Source: Clostridia bacterium
Lineage (GTDB): Bacteria; Bacillota; Clostridia; Oscillospirales; CAG-272
Length of the DNA stretch: 37,975 bases
NCBI GenBank assembly: GCA_017450885.1
Contig: JAFSSR010000023.1
Location: forward strand, 1 to 37,975
Reading direction: 5' to 3'
Shown here: positions 17,258 to 26,200 of the stretch, one piece after another
Layout: every line of letters starts with the position of its first letter
Numbering within the stretch: the stretch's first letter is position 1
The notes under the pieces: generated by a model
What the model was told of the DNA's origin: nothing
What the model saw: only the letters and a program-made list of their open reading frames with translations
Databases searched by the model: none
Program-made: the position numbers and the translations under genes

Positions 17258-18892
17258 TCAGCTCTCTTTGACCTTCAGCTCACGCCACTTCTTTTTTATC
17301 GTCGGCATCATGACGGCAAAGTATACTACAGCCCAGACGACGCCGAGTATCAGCGACTCCGCCATGCTTCCGTTGAAATATCTGCGCTTTCCGAGCAGGT
17401 CGAAGGAGAAGGTGAGGTACTTTTCCAGAGGGAGGAGCCGCTTGATCCAGAAGAACAGAGCTCCGAAGCCGACGTTTATCAGCAGTATCTTAGCGGTCTC
17501 CGCCCACGGCAGGACCCGGCTGAAACGCACGTTCAGACATTTTGCCGTGACCTTTAACTGGATCGCCGCCATAAAGGTGGTGGATACCAGCGTCGCTATG
17601 GCGGGCGCGAGCATCAGCTTGTTAAGGAAGGCGAGACCGGGAATGAATTTGAACGCCAGATAGAACAGCACGTTCAGCACGGCGTTGGAGGACAGCGCCC
17701 CGATCGAGCACCAGAAAATGAACCTCGTTTTGCCGATGGAATTGAGCACCATTCCGTAATAGGTCACACGCATCAGCAGGTGCAGCGCATACATACGGAA
17801 GACCCAGGCGCCGGGGAGATATTTTTCTCCGTAAAGTATCTCTATCGCGTCCTCGGCGAAGACGAAACAGCCGGTGCCGATTATAGCGATGATTATCAGG
17901 CTCAGGGTGGTGGCGTTTCCCCAGAGACGCAGGGCGTCCTCGTTGCGGTCCTTTTTGAGCATCCGTACCATCTGCGGCAGCAGCACCGCCGTGAAGGAGG
18001 ACGCGATGAGCGTCACCGGCAGTTCCTTTGCCGCGTTTGAGTAGATGGCGAAGTTTTCCGTGTCCACGATCTTGCCGATAAGCAGCCGGTCGAGCTCGAC
18101 GTTGAGCGTCCCGACCACCTGCGCAAGTCCGAGCGGGATGGAGAACGCCATCACCGTGCGCACCATTTTTTTTGAGATATAGAACCGCAGACCGCCTGAG
18201 ACCTTCGCCGCTATGATATACACCGCGACCGAGAAGGCTATCTCCACCGCGAGGTATAGGATCATATACGCGGTGAACGAGCTCGTCACGTGGAAGGTGC
18301 GCTTGATCCATCCGTCGCACGCCCAGATCACCAGCACCGCGCCGAGGAGCGCGACACTGTTCATCACCCGGAAGACGACGAGCGACTTCGGCTTTTTATA
18401 GACGATCAGCAGATTTTCTATGCTCGAACTGATTATCTTGGTCCAGGGAAACAGCGCGAGAAAATATAGGAATTTGTGGATCTCGTAATTTTTGAAATAC
18501 TTCTCGATGAACCATACGCTGACGCAGAGGACCGCTCCGACGATAAATGAGAGGATGGTGTTCAGCGTGTAGTAGAAGGAAAGAAATCTCTGCTTTTCCT
18601 CCTTCGTGTCCGCCCGCGCGAGAAAATAGTTGAGGCTTTTAGGCAGACCGAGCATCAGTATGGCGGTCATCAGGTTGACCACCATGAGTATTTGATTGTA
18701 TGTGCCGTACTCCGCCTTTGTCCTCATGCGAGAGAGTATCATGGTCATCAGCATGGCGATGCCGGCGGTCACCACCTTGGAAAAGGTGAGGAGGGTGGCG
18801 TCGCGGCCGACGTGCGTTTGAGACGGCTTTTTTTGCGTTTCCTGCGGCGTCGTCTCGGCGACGGCGCCGGGATTGTCGTTATCCATCAGCAA
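17258..18892 (-). CDS. oligosaccharide-unit flippase Wzx (MOP/PST family)
   Basis: About 14 TM helices, a PST-family N-terminal pattern, and the Wzx-typical size of 544 aa. Confidence 0.8.
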   Translation of the reverse strand: MLMDNDNPGAVAETTPQETQKKPSQTHVGRDATLLTFSKVVTAGIAMLMTMILSRMRTKAEYGTYNQILMVVNLMTAILMLGLPKSLNYFLARADTKEEKQRFLSFYYTLNTILSFIVGAVLCVSVWFIEKYFKNYEIHKFLYFLALFPWTKIISSSIENLLIVYKKPKSLVVFRVMNSVALLGAVLVIWACDGWIKRTFHVTSSFTAYMILYLAVEIAFSVAVYIIAAKVSGGLRFYISKKMVRTVMAFSIPLGLAQVVGTLNVELDRLLIGKIVDTENFAIYSNAAKELPVTLIASSFTAVLLPQMVRMLKKDRNEDALRLWGNATTLSLIIIAIIGTGCFVFAEDAIEILYGEKYLPGAWVFRMYALHLLMRVTYYGMVLNSIGKTRFIFWCSIGALSSNAVLNVLFYLAFKFIPGLAFLNKLMLAPAIATLVSTTFMAAIQLKVTAKCLNVRFSRVLPWAETAKILLINVGFGALFFWIKRLLPLEKYLTFSFDLLGKRRYFNGSMAESLILGVVWAVVYFAVMMPTIKKKWRELKVKES

Positions 18893-18903
18893 AAAACCTC
18901 TGT

Positions 18904-20217
18904 TTATTCGGCGATCAGCTCTTCAAATCTCTTCGCGGTCTCGCGGAAGTCGAAGCTCGAAACGACGCTTTCGTCGGGATCGAATTCCGGCGGCTCTCCG
19001 CCCAGCCAGAGAAGATAGTCGTGCAGGACGTAGTTTTTGAGCTTATTCAGATCATCTTCAGCCGTCGCGTCCTCGTACGTCACGCCCAGCCTTCCGCGTT
19101 CTATCACGCGGGTGACCTCGCTCGAAGGAACGTTCCCGGAGACGAGCGAGATGATCGGGCGGCCCGCCATGATGTACTCGAGGAACTTGCCGGGGAAGAC
19201 TCCGCCTTCCTTCTCTTCGTTCCAGGTGGCGAGCACGAGATGCCGCGAGGCGGCCTGGAGTTTAAGACATTGGTCGCGGTCCAGCCTTCCGAGGTCGTAC
19301 AGACAGTCGGCGAGGCCGTATTTTTTCGCCTGGCCGCGCAGGACCTCGAAGGCGCTGCCGGCGTAGTTGAAGCGGACCTTTTCTTTCTCGATTATGCCCT
19401 CCGCTTCAAGGCGCGAAAGGACGGCAAAAAGGGGAGAGATGTCGCGCTTTCCGTCGTACAGAGCGCCGACGTATGTGAAGTTGAAGCTCTTGTCGGGCGA
19501 GACGGAGGGCAGATCTATATCGCGGCGGTCAAATCCGTTGTAGATCACGCAGGACTTGTTTTTCGCCTCTCCCTCGAATATCTTGTCGGAGTAACCCTCC
19601 GATACGGCGACCAGCCTGTCTGCTTTTTTGCAGACCCTGCGCTGTATCTTAAGCCTGCTCCTGCGGGTGAGGCGGGTGGTGGCGTTGACCACCATGGGAT
19701 CGCGGAAATCGGCGATCCATTTGACGCCGGGGCAGAGCGCTTTCATCTCGAGCCCGCAGAGATGGCTTGCGACCGGACCGTAGCTTGAGATAACGGCGTC
19801 GTACGATCTGAAATTGTCAAGATCGCTCTTAACGAGCTTTTTGAACTCGGCGGCGAACCTGCGGGAGCCGCTCACCCTGCGGTATTCGTATATCTCGCGC
19901 TTCAGCTTTTTGACGAGCCCCTTCATCCTCGGCGCGGGAGCGGGGGCGGACCGGACCTCCGGCTTTGCCTGCGGCTTCGTAGCCGCGGGGGCGGGGGCTT
20001 TTTCTTTGATTATCGGGCAGTCGATCTCGTACAGACGGTCTATGTGCTCAAATACGCCGTCCATCGAGTGGTCGAGCTCGCCGAACGGCTTTACGGTCAC
20101 GACGTCGACCTTTTCGCCCGCTTCGGAAAGGTACTGCGCCAGCTTTGTCGGGCGTATGGCGCCCACGGTGTGGCGCGGAGCGAAATTATAGCTGATTATC
20201 AGGATCCGTTTGTTCAT
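18904..20217 (-). CDS. glycosyltransferase (GT4-like) with Pro/Ala-rich low-complexity insertion in the N-terminal domain
   Basis: GT-B C-terminal domain motifs are present. The insertion reads ...KEKAPAPAATKPQAKPEVRSAPAPAPRMKG.... A 4-nt overlap joins it to the next GT gene. Confidence 0.7.
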   Translation of the reverse strand: MNKRILIISYNFAPRHTVGAIRPTKLAQYLSEAGEKVDVVTVKPFGELDHSMDGVFEHIDRLYEIDCPIIKEKAPAPAATKPQAKPEVRSAPAPAPRMKGLVKKLKREIYEYRRVSGSRRFAAEFKKLVKSDLDNFRSYDAVISSYGPVASHLCGLEMKALCPGVKWIADFRDPMVVNATTRLTRRSRLKIQRRVCKKADRLVAVSEGYSDKIFEGEAKNKSCVIYNGFDRRDIDLPSVSPDKSFNFTYVGALYDGKRDISPLFAVLSRLEAEGIIEKEKVRFNYAGSAFEVLRGQAKKYGLADCLYDLGRLDRDQCLKLQAASRHLVLATWNEEKEGGVFPGKFLEYIMAGRPIISLVSGNVPSSEVTRVIERGRLGVTYEDATAEDDLNKLKNYVLHDYLLWLGGEPPEFDPDESVVSSFDFRETAKRFEELIAE

Positions 20218-21413
20218 TTTTCCTCGCCTTCTATCAGCTCAAAGTATTTGTCGGCTATCATCGCCTCGTCGCAGCGGTCCGCCCGCGCGGCGCCCGCGCG
20301 CGCCAGCTTTACAGCCAGCTCCTTATCGGAAAGGAGGCGCTCTGCGGCGGCGGCGAAGACCTCGTGAGCTTCGGACTTATGCGAATAGTCGTAATCTATG
20401 ATCCCGTCGAAAACGGGGGTCAGGACTCCGTTGTCGGCGATGACGTAATCCCCCTTCGGCGAGACCTTGCGGTACTCGTCGAACATTATCTCGCAGGGAC
20501 CGGTCGCGCAGGCGGTGGATACGCAGGGGGCGCCGCACGCCATCGCCTCGATGATCGCGTTCGGAAAGCCCTCGGAAATAGAGGAATGAACGTATACGTC
20601 GCTCTTTGCGAGAAACTTGAACGGGTTGCTCTGGTAGCCGGTGAAAAGGATGTCCTCCCGGTACTTGTTGTTCGCCGCCATTTCCTTTATCTGCTTTTCG
20701 AGCAGACCGCGGTGTCCGACAATGACCAGACCGGCGTCCGGCACTTTTTCTTTAAGGATCTCAAAGCTCTTGAGCAGATCCCAGTGTCCTTTGTGACGGC
20801 TGAGTATCCCCACCGTGGTCAAGGTCTTGTGGGAAGCGAAGAAAGCGGCGTGCTCCGGCGAAAGCTCCTCTTTCGCCATCTCGCGGATGATGCCGATATC
20901 GAAGAGGTTTTCTATCGTCACGCACTTCGCGGCGTCGCCCGGATACTTTGCGAGGTAATACTCCTCCGACTCGCGCGAGTTGAAAAGTATTTTCGAGCCG
21001 AAACGGATCAGCCGGTGATAATTCGCCGGGTGGAGCATAAGGTCCTCATATCCGCGGCAGGCTCCGATCTTTTTGCAGTTCGCGCGGGAAAAGAGCATGG
21101 CGCGGTTGGCTATGGTGGTGAAGGAAAAGAGCACGTCGATGTCATGCTCCCTGACCGCCCGGCGTATGCCGGCGGCGCGCTTGAAGGTGTTGACGACTTT
21201 CTTGGCTTTGTTGTCGGTGGGCGGGACGTTGAGGTCGATAAGCTCGGCGTTTATCTCGTAGCTTATGTCCTCGCTGTTGAAAACGATGTAGTAGTTGTTG
21301 TATCTGTCGCCGAAAAGGGAGGTCAGTCTGGACGCCACCCTTTCGCTCCCCCCGCTTTTCAGGTCGGAGGTGACAAAAGCGATATTCTTTTTCTTGCTTT
21401 CCGTCTGACTCAT
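20214..21413 (-). CDS. glycosyltransferase family 4
   Basis: N-terminal IAFVTSDLKSGGSERV (GT4 Gly-rich) and a C-terminal EGFPNAIIEAMACGAPCVST motif. Confidence 0.85.
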   Translation of the reverse strand: MSQTESKKKNIAFVTSDLKSGGSERVASRLTSLFGDRYNNYYIVFNSEDISYEINAELIDLNVPPTDNKAKKVVNTFKRAAGIRRAVREHDIDVLFSFTTIANRAMLFSRANCKKIGACRGYEDLMLHPANYHRLIRFGSKILFNSRESEEYYLAKYPGDAAKCVTIENLFDIGIIREMAKEELSPEHAAFFASHKTLTTVGILSRHKGHWDLLKSFEILKEKVPDAGLVIVGHRGLLEKQIKEMAANNKYREDILFTGYQSNPFKFLAKSDVYVHSSISEGFPNAIIEAMACGAPCVSTACATGPCEIMFDEYRKVSPKGDYVIADNGVLTPVFDGIIDYDYSHKSEAHEVFAAAAERLLSDKELAVKLARAGAARADRCDEAMIADKYFELIEGEEK

Positions 21414-21441
21414 GGCTTTCCTTTCGGATGCGGAACGATCT

Positions 21442-22482
21442 TTATTTTTCTATTGCGTCGAACAACGGCGCGGCTGCGATCTCGGGGAGGAACTTCTTCG
21501 CCTCATCAAGGCAGGCGGGTCTCATGCGCTCCGTCTCGGAGGGATCGTCGTAGATCCTGCGCAGTATCTCCTCGAACGCGGCGAAGTCGCCGAGAGGGAA
21601 GGTGAGACCGGTCTCTCCCTCGCGCACCATATCGGCGCAGGAGTTCCATTGCGCGGAGACGACCGGTATTCCCGCGAAAAATCCGTCGATGAGGGACGCC
21701 GGCTGGCCCTCGGTCGGGCACTTGGTGGGAAAGAGCTGGACAAATCCGTCGTGCAGGATCTCGACCGTTTTCCACGCGTTGCATATGCCGCGGTAGCGTA
21801 TCTCGGGCGGCAGATCCTTCTTGATCTCCGCAAATCTCTCCTCGAATTCCGGGTTGATGAGGCCGTACATATCGAGGGTGTATTTTATCCCGCCGGAGTT
21901 GAGCCGCCTGACCGTCTCTATCATCTCGGGAACCCCCTTGAATTCGGAGATGCGGGACATGAAGATCAGCTTGTAGGGCGGCGCGCCGAGAGGCTTCAGC
22001 TCCTCGGGCGCATACTGACGAATATACTTGAAATTGGGGAGCAGACGGACGTTTTTCAGACCCAGATCCCGCAGCTCGGACGCCACCGTTTCCGTCTCGG
22101 GCAGGACCCCCGCCATGGAAGCGACCGCCCCGACCATCTCGGGATGGGCTTCAAGCGCCTCGGGGAGCGCGCCGCCGACGAGGACGTAGTAGATCCTGCG
22201 TCCGAACAGCTTGTTTATAACGATACAAGCCTTGACGAGGGTGGTGAGCGCCTCGCCCCGGGCGCAGAGCACTATGTGTTCCGATCCGCGGAACGCGCGG
22301 AAGAGCAGGCGGAAGACGGCGGTCTTGCTGTCCTTTATGCCGTAGTAGCTCGCCTCCGAGACCTGATCGGCTCCGTAACGCGCTTTGAGTGCCTTTATCA
22401 GCTCGATTATCTTTATACCCTGACCGTCTGAGGAACAGTCTTCGTATATCTTGCCTATGACGCAGATTTTTGTCTTTGCCAT
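21442..22482 (-). CDS. glycosyltransferase family 4 (first gene of the operon)
   Basis: GT1/GT4 C-terminal E-x7-E region (EGQPASLIDGFFAGIPVVSAQW). RBS AAGGA lies upstream. Confidence 0.8.
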   Translation of the reverse strand: MAKTKICVIGKIYEDCSSDGQGIKIIELIKALKARYGADQVSEASYYGIKDSKTAVFRLLFRAFRGSEHIVLCARGEALTTLVKACIVINKLFGRRIYYVLVGGALPEALEAHPEMVGAVASMAGVLPETETVASELRDLGLKNVRLLPNFKYIRQYAPEELKPLGAPPYKLIFMSRISEFKGVPEMIETVRRLNSGGIKYTLDMYGLINPEFEERFAEIKKDLPPEIRYRGICNAWKTVEILHDGFVQLFPTKCPTEGQPASLIDGFFAGIPVVSAQWNSCADMVREGETGLTFPLGDFAAFEEILRRIYDDPSETERMRPACLDEAKKFLPEIAAAPLFDAIEK

Positions 22483-22516
22483 ATATAATAATCCTTAAAA
22501 AAACAATTTTTCATAT

Positions 22517-22545
22517 TATTATATCAAATTACGATAATTATGTCA
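22517..22545 (-). promoter_or_regulatory. consensus sigma-A promoter for the polysaccharide operon (minus strand): TTGACA-17-TATAAT
   Basis: Minus-strand reading gives TTGACA TAATTATCGTAATTTGA TATAAT, about 35 nt upstream of the first GT start, within an AT-rich stretch. Confidence 0.7.
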
Positions 22546-22550
22546 ACTGT

Positions 22551-22586
22551 GAATATAAATAAAAAGGACCCGCCGGGAACGGGTCC
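22551..22586 (-). terminator. rho-independent terminator of the CorC/HlyC gene (minus strand)
   Basis: Stem GGACCCG/CGGGTCC. On the minus strand it is followed by TTTTTATTTATATT. Confidence 0.8.
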
Positions 22587-22605
22587 GTAAATTGAAAATG
22601 CCGTT

Positions 22606-23886
22606 TTATTCGTCTTCTTCCTCATCTTCATCGTCGTCGAGATAGCCGTCCGGGTCCACTACGTTGACGACGATCTCGAGGGCGTGCCTGTCGTCGCATT
22701 CGGTGACGGTGACGTGAAGATTTTTGTAGTCGAAGGTGTCGCCGACCTCGGGGATGTGCTTGAGCTCCTCGATCACCCATCCGCTGACGGTGGGGATGTC
22801 GAGCTCCTCGTCAATTTCGAGCAGCTCGAAAAGATCGTCCAGAGCGGCGCTGCACTTGACGCGGTAGCCGCCGTCGTCCAGCTTCTCGAACTCCTCCACG
22901 ACCTCGTCGTGCTCGTCCCAGATCTCTCCGACCAGCTCCTCTATGACGTCCTCCATCGTGACGATGCCGGCGATGCCGCCGTACTCGTCGACGACCGCCG
23001 CCATGTGCGATTTGCTCTTCTGCAGCTTAATGAGCAGCTCGGAGATCTTCATGGTCGGTACGACGAAATCTATGGGACTGGTGATCGACTTCAAATTCTT
23101 TTTGGACGCCATGTAGAAGTCCTTCTGATTGACAACTCCGTACATATCGTCTATCGTTTCGGTGTAGACGGGGAGGCGGGAATAACCCGTCGTGCGGAAG
23201 ACGTGATCTATCTCCTCCCAGGTCATATCGCGGCTTATCGCCTCGACGTTTACGCGGGGCTGGAGGATGTCGCTTACCTCGATATCGTTGAACTCTATGG
23301 CATTGCGGATGAGCTCGACCTCGCTCGACTGCATATCGCCTTCGTTTTCCGCTTCCTCGACTATCGTCAAAAGCTCGTCCTCGGTCACGCCGCGGTCCTC
23401 TTTAGGCTTGATGAAGAGGGAGACCAGCTTGCGCCATCCGGTGAAGATGATGTTGAGGGGCCAGAGTATGACGCCGAGAAAAGCGATGAAAGGAGCGGAC
23501 GCCATAGCGAAGCTCTCGGGCGACTCCTTGGCGAGGGTCTTGGGAGTTATCTCGCCGAAGACGAGGACCGCGACCGTGACGACCACGGTCGCCACCGTCG
23601 TGCCCAGCGCCTGATCGCCGTCGCAGATCTTGATAAAAAGCAGGGTGGCTATGGCTGTGGTCGAAATATTTACGATGTTGTTGCCGATAAGGATGGTCGA
23701 GAGCAGACGGTCGAAGTTTTCGGAAAGGCGTATGACTCTCGCCGCCTTCTTGCTGCCGTCCGCCGCGAGATTTTTGACCCTTATGCGGTTCATTGACGAA
23801 AAAGCGGTCTCGGTAGCCGAAAAGAACGCCGAAAGGGCGAGGAGAACGATCAATGCCAAGACCTGCAGTATACTGCCATCATCCAT
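22606..23886 (-). CDS. CNNM/HlyC/CorC-family transporter (DUF21 membrane domain + CBS pair + CorC_HlyC C-terminal domain)
   Basis: Four N-terminal TM helices (DUF21), a CBS pair, a transporter-associated domain and an acidic C-tail. Confidence 0.85.
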   Translation of the reverse strand: MDDGSILQVLALIVLLALSAFFSATETAFSSMNRIRVKNLAADGSKKAARVIRLSENFDRLLSTILIGNNIVNISTTAIATLLFIKICDGDQALGTTVATVVVTVAVLVFGEITPKTLAKESPESFAMASAPFIAFLGVILWPLNIIFTGWRKLVSLFIKPKEDRGVTEDELLTIVEEAENEGDMQSSEVELIRNAIEFNDIEVSDILQPRVNVEAISRDMTWEEIDHVFRTTGYSRLPVYTETIDDMYGVVNQKDFYMASKKNLKSITSPIDFVVPTMKISELLIKLQKSKSHMAAVVDEYGGIAGIVTMEDVIEELVGEIWDEHDEVVEEFEKLDDGGYRVKCSAALDDLFELLEIDEELDIPTVSGWVIEELKHIPEVGDTFDYKNLHVTVTECDDRHALEIVVNVVDPDGYLDDDEDEEEDE

Positions 23887-24021
23887 GGTGGTAAATCAGT
23901 TAAACCTTCACTTTCTTGAATAATAATACACTATTTTGCTATTGTATCACATAAGCCGCTGGTTGTCAACATGGATTTTTCCCATATCTCACCGGAAAAT
24001 TCAAGAATTTCGGAATATACT

Positions 24022-24049
24022 TTACAAATCGGAAATAATGTGTTATAAT
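24022..24049 (+). promoter_or_regulatory. sigma-A-type promoter upstream of the kinase gene (TTACAA-16-TATAAT), giving a ~108-nt 5' leader
   Basis: -35 at 24022-24027, -10 at 24044-24049. Confidence 0.5.
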
Positions 24050-24157
24050 GAGAAAAATACGTTGAGGCAGGCAGGTTTTCGTCAAGCATCGGCGTATTTT
24101 TATACTGTTAAGTTTATTTTTAAGATATGAAAGCAACGAAAGGATACCGGCATAGAT

Positions 24158-25264
24158 ATGACACCCGATCTTAAACATATCGGTACGTTTTTTGACATCC
24201 CGGGAGAGTACATCTCTTACGAGGTAATAAAAAGCGGGAATATAAACCAGACCTATCTTGTAAAGTATTTCCGAGACGGAGTAGAAAAGCCGTATATCAT
24301 CCAGCGCGTCAACACCTACGTTTTCAAGAACCCCGAGCAGGTGATGCAGAACATCTCCGCCGTGACCGAGCACATCCGCGCCAAGGTAAAGGAGAAGCAG
24401 GGGACCGCCAAGCGCAACGTCCTCCACTATCTCTACACCCCGGACGGACATAACTTCGCATACGACGAGGAAGGCGGCTTCTGGCGCGGCTACCGCTATA
24501 TAGACGATTCTGTGACGTATAACACCGTCGACCAGTTGTGGATCCTCGAGGAAGCGGGACGCGGCTTCGGCGAATTCCAGCTCAATCTCGCCGATTTCGA
24601 CGCCTCCGTGCTCTTTGAAAGCATACCCGATTTCCACAATACCCGCAAGCGTTTCGACCGTCTTTTCGAGATGGCGGAAAAGGATCCGCACGACCGCGTC
24701 AAGGACGTTCGGGAGGAGCTTAAATATCTGCGCGAGCGCTACGAGCTCTCCTGTACCCTCTGCGATATGCTCGAAAAGGGGGAGCTTCCCCTGCGCGTCA
24801 CCCACAACGACACCAAGTGCAATAACGTGCTCTTCGACCCCGTGACCAAAAGCGCTCTCGCCGTCATCGACCTCGATACCGTTATGCCCGGGCTCTGCGC
24901 CTACGACTTCGGCGACGCCATCCGCTTCGGCGCAAACAACACCGACGAGGACGATCCGAACTACTCCAAGATCTTCCTTGATATGGAAAAGTACAAGGCG
25001 TTCGTCCGCGGCTTCATCGGCACGCTGAAGGACAGCCTCACCCCGCTCGAGCTTGAAACTATGCACCTCGGCGCATATATCATGACCACCGAGCTCGCCG
25101 CCCGCTTTATGCTCGACTATCTCGAAGGCGACGTCTACTTCAAGCTCAACTATCCGGAGCACAATCTCGTCCGCACCAAGGCGCAGACCGTGCTGGCAAA
25201 GGATATGGAGTCAAAGCTGGGCGAGATGCAGCGCATAGTCCTCGAGACCGCGGGAATGAAATAA
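24158..25264 (+). CDS. nahK: APH/choline-kinase-fold sugar-1-kinase, N-acetylhexosamine 1-kinase (NahK/LnpB)-like
   Basis: Brenner motif RVTHNDTKCNNVLFD, IDLDTVMPG, FDFGDAIRFGA, and a C-terminal DYLEGDVYF...YPEHNLVR that closely matches my recollection of Bifidobacterium NahK. The gene symbol is an inference. Confidence 0.6.
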   Translation: MTPDLKHIGTFFDIPGEYISYEVIKSGNINQTYLVKYFRDGVEKPYIIQRVNTYVFKNPEQVMQNISAVTEHIRAKVKEKQGTAKRNVLHYLYTPDGHNFAYDEEGGFWRGYRYIDDSVTYNTVDQLWILEEAGRGFGEFQLNLADFDASVLFESIPDFHNTRKRFDRLFEMAEKDPHDRVKDVREELKYLRERYELSCTLCDMLEKGELPLRVTHNDTKCNNVLFDPVTKSALAVIDLDTVMPGLCAYDFGDAIRFGANNTDEDDPNYSKIFLDMEKYKAFVRGFIGTLKDSLTPLELETMHLGAYIMTTELAARFMLDYLEGDVYFKLNYPEHNLVRTKAQTVLAKDMESKLGEMQRIVLETAGMK

Positions 25265-25282
25265 ACCCGAAAACGAAAGGAA

Positions 25283-25318
25283 AAGGGAAAGCTTTACGGA
25301 GTTTTCCCTTGATTTTTT
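25283..25318 (+). terminator. possible weak terminator between the kinase and SDR genes
   Basis: AAGGGAAA/TTTCCCTT stem followed by GATTTTTTG. The stem is AT-rich, so this call is uncertain. Confidence 0.3.
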
Positions 25319-25321
25319 GAA

Positions 25322-26092
25322 ATGAAGATCGCAATAGTTACCGGCGCGTCCTCCGGCATGGGCGCCGAATTCGTAAAGTGTCTCGACCGCGAGGACTGCG
25401 GCGAGCTCTGGCTGATCGCGCGGCGCAGGGAGCGCCTCGAGCAAATCGCGGCGGGCTGTAAAACTCCCGTCCGCATAATGCCGCTCGACCTTCTGGACGA
25501 GAGCTCGTTCGACAGCATATCGAAAGAACTCGAGGCGGCGGGCGCGGAGGTCGCATGGCTTATAAACTCCGCCGGATTCGGCGAATTCGGAGAGATCGGG
25601 ATCCAGCCGATCGAGACCCAGACGCGCATGATCGACCTCAACGTAAAGGCGACGGTGATAATGTGCAACGTCGTATTTCCGTATCTTGAGCGCGGCTCTC
25701 ACATCGTAAACCTCGGCTCCGGCTCCGTTTTCAATCCCCTGCCTTATTTTAATATTTATTCGTCCACCAAGGCGTTCATCCTGCAATACTCCCGCGCCCT
25801 CTATTACGAGCTGAAGGACCGCGGAGTCTGCGTCAGCGTGTTCTGCCCCGGATGGGTCAGGACGGAGTTTTTCTCCCACACGCGGGATAACGTCCGCCGT
25901 TCGCCCAAGTCGTACAAGCCCATGACCGAGGCGGACGAGGTGGTGGCGTACTGCATGAAAAAGGCGAAGAAAAACAAGCAGTTCATCGTGCACGGCTGGT
26001 TTACAAAGACCCAGCATCTGCTCTCCAAGCTCCTCCCGCGCAGGGCGCTTATCAAGATCTGGCTCGGGATGCTGACCGACAAAGAAAGCTGA
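25322..26092 (+). CDS. short-chain dehydrogenase/reductase (classical SDR)
   Basis: N-terminal TGASSGMG cofactor motif with a YxxxK region (YSSTKAF). Confidence 0.85.
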   Translation: MKIAIVTGASSGMGAEFVKCLDREDCGELWLIARRRERLEQIAAGCKTPVRIMPLDLLDESSFDSISKELEAAGAEVAWLINSAGFGEFGEIGIQPIETQTRMIDLNVKATVIMCNVVFPYLERGSHIVNLGSGSVFNPLPYFNIYSSTKAFILQYSRALYYELKDRGVCVSVFCPGWVRTEFFSHTRDNVRRSPKSYKPMTEADEVVAYCMKKAKKNKQFIVHGWFTKTQHLLSKLLPRRALIKIWLGMLTDKES

Positions 26093-26105
26093 ATAAAGAT
26101 ACCGA

Positions 26106-26160
26106 AACGGATCCGCGCGGCGACTGCGCCGCGCGGATCCGTTTTTTGCGTTATTTTTTT
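26106..26160 (+). terminator. strong rho-independent terminator after the SDR gene
   Basis: 17-bp stem AACGGATCCGCGCGGCG/CGCCGCGCGGATCCGTT, then TTTTTTGCGTTATTTTTTT. Confidence 0.85.
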
Positions 26161-26200
26161 CAATTCTCCGTCATAGAATACTAAAAAACGGGAGGTCGAC

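Noticed and set aside
24050-24157. Riboswitch in the ~108-nt leader of the NahK-like kinase gene
   Set aside because: I could not recognise conserved cores of any riboswitch class I know (glmS, TPP, SAM, c-di-GMP, T-box and others). Only weak local pairing is visible, so it is left as an unexplained long leader.
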